Source of the DNA: Methanomassiliicoccaceae archaeon
GTDB taxonomy: Archaea; Thermoplasmatota; Thermoplasmata; Methanomassiliicoccales; Methanomassiliicoccaceae
Direction of reading: 5' to 3'
DNA: 24,000 nt
Assembly (NCBI GenBank): GCA_963728405.1
Contig: CAVSJV010000002.1
Location: 236,285-260,284 of the forward strand
The translations under genes and the position numbers were made by a program. The notes below the pieces were generated by a model. It searched no databases, was not told where the DNA came from, and saw only the letters and a program-made list of their open reading frames with translations. Numbering within the stretch: position 1 is the stretch's first letter; every line of letters begins with the position of its first letter. Positions 18,968 to 24,000 of this stretch are shown piece after piece.

Positions 18968-20456
18968 TTAAGGAGTTTGCCGCATCACGGCTTCCTCGTC
19001 CTCAGGGCGACCAGCAGGACGGCCACGATGGCGGAGATCAAAGCGATCGCGCATTCCAGGACGGTGCCATTCATCCTTCACTATGACTGACAGCACCACG
19101 GCCAATATTGCAAAAGCCATACCTAACAGCATAACGCCATTATAGCCTTTCAAGAACACATAGGGATCCAAATCTGCAAAGGGCGTGTTACCAGAACCAC
19201 TGAAAATCGTGAAGAACGCTGCATAGGAGGCCGCGCCTACGGATGCTCCTAGATATGTCGCAACAGCGATGAGCGCGGCTCCGGTCCCTTTCTCCTTATC
19301 ATCTATCTTCTCCACTATGCGACTCGCAGCTGAACCGCAGGAGCCCCAGAGGACTCCCATTAGGACCAGGGCGATTATCAGAGGGATAGCTCCCATCGTC
19401 GGATCGATAAGGAACAGGATGCCACTGGAGATCGTCATTGCCATGCAGGAGATGGTACTGAACAATCTTCGCCCGGAGCGGTCGGACCATCTGCCGATCG
19501 GCACACTGATGATCAGGGTCATGACCGGCGGTATCAACATGTATATCCCGCTTGTGGCAGGATCGAACCCCATGGCCAGAGAAAGATAGAATGGTGTCAG
19601 ATACCATATTCCTGTCCCCACAAGGTTGATGATCAGGTACACTAGGAACACCGAATCGAATATCCAAGAGCGAAATACTCTCAGGTTCAGGATGGGATCC
19701 TTGCATCTTTTCTCCCATAATATGAACAGGATGGTTGAGAGAACGCAGATGAAGATCGCGGCAAAGATCTGAACGCTCTCCAACCCCAGGTGGGAGGAAC
19801 GTTGTATAGCGAACACGCCCGTGATGATGGCTATCATCGACAATGCGGGATCCCGGCATGTCGAAATATGCTCGGATATATCCCTCATCCTTGGGTATGG
19901 TTCGAGTCAAGAACAGAATGCCAGCTATCCCTATTGGTATGTTGATGATGAATATCCAGTGCCAGGAGAGATATTGAGTTAAGATGCCACCGAGGGTGGG
20001 TCCCGAAGCATATCCAATGGAGGCCCCCACGGCAATTACGCTCATGCCGAGCCCGAGCCTATTTTTAGGAAGGAATCTAACGCACAAGAGGGGAGCGCAG
20101 GCGCCCATGACGGCCGCGCCTATGCCCTGGAAAATCCGGCCGACGATCAGCATCTCGAATGTGGTCGCCAGACCGCAAACCAGGGAGAAGAGAGTAAAGA
20201 TGGCCAAGCCGACTATGAGGAACCTCTTGATAATGCCGCGGTCTGCCAGTCGGCCGAACACCAGGAGCAGGCCTGCCATCATCATGAAATAGGTCAAAGA
20301 TACCCATGCGGCAGTGCCGGTATCGATAAAGAACGAGGACGCGATACTAGGCAACGCGATGTTCACTATCGAGGCGTCCATCCCATCCATGGTTGTTAGG
20401 AAGATAATAGCGATCAGCAGGAGCGCCCGTCCTCTGCCATCCATAATGGTCGCCAT
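18968..20456 (-). CDS. MFS drug-efflux-type transporter (EmrB/QacA-like), apparent frameshift near 19860
   Basis: N-terminal ORF 19299..20456 (MDGMDASIVNIALPSIASSFFIDTGTAAWVSLTYFMMMAGLLLVFGRLADR) and C-terminal ORF 18968..19888 (ALSMIAIITGVFAIQRS...VPIGRWSDRSGRRLF). The homologous reading switches frame near 19860. Confidence 0.85.
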
Positions 20457-20544
20457 CTTTTCAGGAACACGAGTACGCTATGAAAAAGCCTTGGTTTCTC
20501 TTATGTTTTCAATGTCCCATCTGAAGGCTAGGCCATGGTGCCGG

Positions 20545-20631
20545 AGCAAACACACGCTCGACCGCTTGGCCTTGGCCGGCGCCACGGTCTACCGCACCGA
20601 CCTTGACGGGGCGATGATCATCACGCCCAAG
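20545..20631 (+). pseudogene. fragment resembling the C-terminus of a ComEC/metallo-beta-lactamase-fold protein
   Basis: SKHTLDRLALAGATVYRTDLDGAMIIT resembles the common '...VLDRLARAGARVYRTDRDGAV' tail; no upstream MBL domain in frame. Confidence 0.5.
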
Positions 20632-20659
20632 AAAGTAGGATCCTTAATCATCTCTTTTC

Positions 20660-21064
20660 TTACCCTGCTGGGTCGTCGAGATCTACCCTCCGCAAATGCA
20701 TTATCATTTTGACTGGACCCATTCTCATCATTTCAGTAACAGTCTTACCAAGGAGTATTGCAGCATCCTCCCAATTCTTCTTCTTGCCGAGCCATCGGTT
20801 ATAGCCAGCAGCAAATATGATTAGAAAGCCTACAATCACCAATGAACCCTGAAGGTACATTTCGAGTTTCCAACGATATTCATCACTCGTTATTGGCGAA
20901 GAATTATAGCCACTATGGCTGTCATAAATAGCAAACGCCATTAAAATTATAATAAAGATGAAAGCCGAATATCTTTGGGCGAGAGCTGTCACTCTGGCTT
21001 TAAATATATAATGCCAACTTATTATGTTAATATTCTTAAATCCGGCCTTAATATCTGTTCCCAA
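20660..21064 (-). CDS. putative small membrane protein, start uncertain
   Basis: Two hydrophobic segments (SAFIFIIILMAFAIY; GSLVIVGFLIIFAAG). Confidence 0.4.
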   Translation of the reverse strand: MGTDIKAGFKNINIISWHYIFKARVTALAQRYSAFIFIIILMAFAIYDSHSGYNSSPITSDEYRWKLEMYLQGSLVIVGFLIIFAAGYNRWLGKKKNWEDAAILLGKTVTEMMRMGPVKMIMHLRRVDLDDPAG

Positions 21065-21098
21065 TATAGCAACAAAGGCAATGTACGAGGGTCTCTAG

Positions 21099-21986
21099 AT
21101 GGATCAGGACGCTTTGGAAAACATAATGAAAGCTGGAGCCGTGACGCGGGAGGCTCGTCAGCTTGGGGCAAGCATGATCGCCGAAGGTGTAAGCCTGCAC
21201 AGCGTGGCCGAGGAGACAGAGGCCTACATCCGTAAGAAGGGGGCGAAGCCTGCATTCCCGGTCAACATTGGTATCAACCAGATCGCTGCTCACTTTACTC
21301 CAGCCTCGAATGACCCATCGACCTTCCATCGAGGAGACTTGGTGAAACTGGATGTGGGGGCGCATGTGAACGGCTACATGGGCGACACTGCGGTAACCGT
21401 CGAGGTGGGCACGAGGAACTGGGCCAGCTTGATCGATGCGCCGACCAAAGCACTCATGATGGCGATCGAGATGATCAGCGAGAGGGTTCCCGTCAGCGCC
21501 ATCGGGAGCACGATCGAGAGAGGCATAAGGAGCAACGGTTTCGTGCCGATTCGCAACCTTGCTGGCCATGAGATAAAACAGAATGATCTGCATTCAGGCC
21601 TGTCAATCTCAAATTACGACGATGGCAACGATACAAAGGTTACAAAGTGTATGCTCCTGGCCATCGAACCATTCGCCACAAATGGTGCAGGAGAGGTCGA
21701 CAATGCCAAACCAGGTAACATCTACATACTCCAAAGGGATCGCGAGATCAGGGATGCTGGAGCAAACCGCCTCTTCGGCATGATCAAAGAGGAATTCGGG
21801 AGCCTAGCCTTCTGCGAGAGGTGGTGCACGGCCCTCGATCCCAAAGCTCCTGTTCACCTGAGGACCCTAGTAAGATATGGGGCGCTATATTCATATCCAA
21901 TCCTAACGGAAGTGAGGGGCGGGATGGTCTCCCAGACAGAACACACTTTACTCATAAACGGATCCAAGGCACAGGTGACGACTTAG
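21099..21986 (+). CDS. map: methionine aminopeptidase, type II
   Basis: GASMIAEGVSLHSVAEETEAYIRKKGAKPAFPVNIGINQIAAHFTPA..DLVKLDVGAHVNGYMGDTAVTV..NLAGHEI..AIEPFAT..VSQTEHTLL; metal-ligand residues D, D, H, E, E in expected contexts. Confidence 0.93.
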   Translation: MDQDALENIMKAGAVTREARQLGASMIAEGVSLHSVAEETEAYIRKKGAKPAFPVNIGINQIAAHFTPASNDPSTFHRGDLVKLDVGAHVNGYMGDTAVTVEVGTRNWASLIDAPTKALMMAIEMISERVPVSAIGSTIERGIRSNGFVPIRNLAGHEIKQNDLHSGLSISNYDDGNDTKVTKCMLLAIEPFATNGAGEVDNAKPGNIYILQRDREIRDAGANRLFGMIKEEFGSLAFCERWCTALDPKAPVHLRTLVRYGALYSYPILTEVRGGMVSQTEHTLLINGSKAQVTT

Positions 21987-22173
21987 AGTGCGAGCATCTG
22001 TCCCTGTCTGATGCAAGGATGGCTCAATTGTCACAAATCTGCATCCTTGAATAATTGCTTCCCATTCCACTGCCCTCCTGCGGTGGCATACTAAGCTGAC
22101 GCAGTTAGGCGAGAGCGGGATCAATCCCTTTAGCTGACAGAAGTTCGCCGGACATAGCAACATCCAGACCACA

Positions 22174-22392
22174 ATGGGCTATATCCATGCGTCCGAGTCG
22201 GTCATGGCGGCGGAGGTCCTCGCCAAGCCAATGTTAGTGATTGAGGGTGTGCCAAAGAAAACGGCAGCTCTTGACGTGGACTCCATGCGGGTCGGTCTAA
22301 CCATGCGCTTAGCCAAGGGCGAGATAAGCGAAGCGACGTTCAACCGAGCCATGACAATGTTCGAGCCAAACCCTCTAGAAAGGTTGCGATGA
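22174..22392 (+). CDS. hypothetical protein, 72 aa
   Basis: Protein-like ORF between map and leuS; no family recognised. Confidence 0.3.
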   Translation: MGYIHASESVMAAEVLAKPMLVIEGVPKKTAALDVDSMRVGLTMRLAKGEISEATFNRAMTMFEPNPLERLR

Positions 22393-22450
22393 CCAACGTG
22401 CCAAAATCTTTTAACCTCGGAACACTGGCTAAAGCTATCCGAATAAAGAC

Positions 22451-22476
22451 GGGTATAAAACATCATATTTATACCC
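22451..22476. promoter_or_regulatory. perfect 9-bp inverted repeat GGGTATAAA-N8-TTTATACCC overlapping the likely leuS promoter
   Basis: Read directly; lies 34-59 bp before the leuS ATG and contains a TATA-like AT tract. Confidence 0.5.
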
Positions 22477-22509
22477 TTAGAGTATTTCCTGGCCAGGAAA
22501 GGTTTAACG

Positions 22510-24000
22510 ATGTCGAGCTGGACCGCAGAAATCGAGGCCAAGTGGCAACAGCGCTGGTACGAGGCGGGGTTAAATGAGGCGAACCGGGACGGTCGCCCCA
22601 AGTTCATGATCATATTCGCTTACCCTGGTTTGACCGGTTACTTGCATGTCGGTCACATGCGCGGCTACACCTATGTCGATGCCATCGCTCGGTACAAGCG
22701 GATGTCTGGCTACAATGTCATGTTCCCCGTGGGGACGCACGCCACCGGCAACGGGGCCATCTCTCTGGCTAAAAGGATCAAGAACCAGGACAAGAGGACG
22801 CTTGATTACTTGGTCGCTAACGGATGCCCGATGGAGCAGCTCAAGACCCTCACCGAGCCGCAGGACGTGGTCAACTTCTTCAACAAGGTCTATGTGAACC
22901 AATACTGGAAGCGCTTCGGCTTCCTAGCCGACTGGCGCCGGTTCACCTCTACCACCAATCCAGATTACAGCAAATTCATTCAGTGGCAGTTCCGCAAGCT
23001 CCATGACGCTGGCCTGCTCATACAGAAGCCTTACTTTGCTCCCGCTTGTGTCGAATGCGGTCCGGTGGCGGTGGATGCTTCGGAAACGGACCTCTCCAAG
23101 GGCGGCAGTGCGGAAACGAGCGAGTATACACTTCTCAAGTTCAAATGCGGCGATCTCTACCTGGTGGCAGCGACCCTCAGGCCCGAGACGGTTTATGGGC
23201 AGACCAACTTCTGGGTGAACCCAGATGTCGAGTATGTCAAGGTCCGCCGGAGCGGCGAGACCTGGGTCATCAGCCGCCCCTCGTATGACAAGATGAGATA
23301 CCAGAAGGATGATCTGGATATACAAGGCACCATCCCCGGAGCAGAGCTCATCGGCAGGATGTGTGTGGCCCCGGTCATAAACCGGCAGATCCCGGTGTTG
23401 CCCGCGACGTTCTGCAAGCCCGAGGTCGGGACTGGGCTGGTCACCAGCGTCCCGTCCGACGCTCCTGATGACTGGATGGCCCTCAAACTTCTGCAATCGG
23501 ACGATGCTGCCCTGGCCAGGTATGGTCTGGATCCAGCCATGGTCCGCAATATCGCCCCCATCGCCATCATCGACACCAAGGGCTACGGGCCGATGCCTGC
23601 CGTGGAGCTGGTGGACAGGATGGGAATAACTCAGGCCGGTGATCCCCGGCTGGACGAGGCCAAGAAGGCGATCTACAAGGATGGTTTTCACACTGGCCGG
23701 ATGAACGCCAACTGCGGCGAGTTCGCCGGAATGAAGGTCGAAGAGGCGAAGGACCTCATCAAGCAGATGATGCTCAAGAGCGGCGAGGCCGAGCTGTTCT
23801 ATGACCTCTCCGAAGAAGTGGTCTGCCGGTGCGGTAAGCCTGTGGTCATCAAGAAGGTACCTGACCAGTGGTTCATCGATTATGCCAACGCCACGCTGAC
23901 AGAAAAGAGCAAGCACCATGCCAGGAGCATGCACATCCTGCCTCAGGACTATTATGTGAACGTCCAAGGTGTGCTGGACTGGTTCAGGGAGCGAGCCTGC
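22510..24000 (+). CDS. leuS: leucyl-tRNA synthetase, 5' part (runs off window edge)
   Basis: MSSWTAEIEAKWQQRWYEAGLNEANRDGRPKFMIIFAYPGLTGYLHVGHMRGYTYVDAIARYKRMSGYNVMFPVGTHATGNGA. Class Ia HIGH-like HVGH motif; 497 codons open to the edge; not in the ORF track. Confidence 0.93.
   Translation, partial: MSSWTAEIEAKWQQRWYEAGLNEANRDGRPKFMIIFAYPGLTGYLHVGHMRGYTYVDAIARYKRMSGYNVMFPVGTHATGNGAISLAKRIKNQDKRTLDYLVANGCPMEQLKTLTEPQDVVNFFNKVYVNQYWKRFGFLADWRRFTSTTNPDYSKFIQWQFRKLHDAGLLIQKPYFAPACVECGPVAVDASETDLSKGGSAETSEYTLLKFKCGDLYLVAATLRPETVYGQTNFWVNPDVEYVKVRRSGETWVISRPSYDKMRYQKDDLDIQGTIPGAELIGRMCVAPVINRQIPVLPATFCKPEVGTGLVTSVPSDAPDDWMALKLLQSDDAALARYGLDPAMVRNIAPIAIIDTKGYGPMPAVELVDRMGITQAGDPRLDEAKKAIYKDGFHTGRMNANCGEFAGMKVEEAKDLIKQMMLKSGEAELFYDLSEEVVCRCGKPVVIKKVPDQWFIDYANATLTEKSKHHARSMHILPQDYYVNVQGVLDWFRERAC

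Noticed and set aside
18968-19060. Extra transmembrane segment (NGTVLECAIALISAIVAVLLVALRTRKP) in another frame at the MFS 3' end
   Set aside because: It could be a true C-terminal helix after a second frameshift or a tiny separate ORF; undecidable here, so not called.
19269-20712. Plus-strand ORFs across the MFS gene (19269..19589, 19984..20292, 5' part of 20314..20712)
   Set aside because: Antisense to a clear transporter; only the 3' end of 20314..20712 past the MFS start carries a recognisable fragment.
1-24000. CRISPR arrays, phage or transposase genes, toxin-antitoxin or other defence systems
   Set aside because: I saw no regularly spaced repeats, integrase/transposase motifs or defence genes; the RHH gene is beside an FtsZ-like gene, with no toxin partner recognised.

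Overview
Archaeal chromosomal window, probably Thermoplasmata or Methanomassiliicoccales-like (inference from gene content). I found no CRISPR array, rRNA, phage or transposase. Supported content: an M29-type aminopeptidase; a 58-aa zinc-ribbon protein missing from the ORF track; a divergent uracil-DNA-glycosylase-like protein; a UroD/MtaA-MtbA-type methyltransferase; a decayed SnoaL/ester-cyclase pseudogene; an ABM-domain protein; an aRF1 paralogue lacking GGQ and NIKS; tRNA-Leu(UAG); a COG1325-type RNA-binding protein; a 2-oxoacid:ferredoxin oxidoreductase cluster (gamma-delta-alpha-beta) directly followed by iorA-iorB; a minus-strand cluster of tandem-RHH regulator, FtsZ-like GTPase and COG3199-type kinase; an MFS transporter; methionine aminopeptidase; and the 5' part of leuS. 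The observations most worth following are: (1) the aRF1 paralogue with GGM for GGQ and no NIKS motif; (2) an FtsZ-like GTPase that keeps the GTP-binding core but lacks the T7 loop and C-terminal domain, next to a tandem-RHH gene whose promoter carries iterated TGTCATA boxes; (3) two elements that resemble the 3' half of the nearby tRNA-Leu joined to a hairpin. Many conserved genes carry apparent single-base frameshifts (about 1461, 10300, 14170, 16480, 17170, 19860). This suggests uncorrected assembly errors or real decay, and any protein-end interpretation should be read with that in mind.
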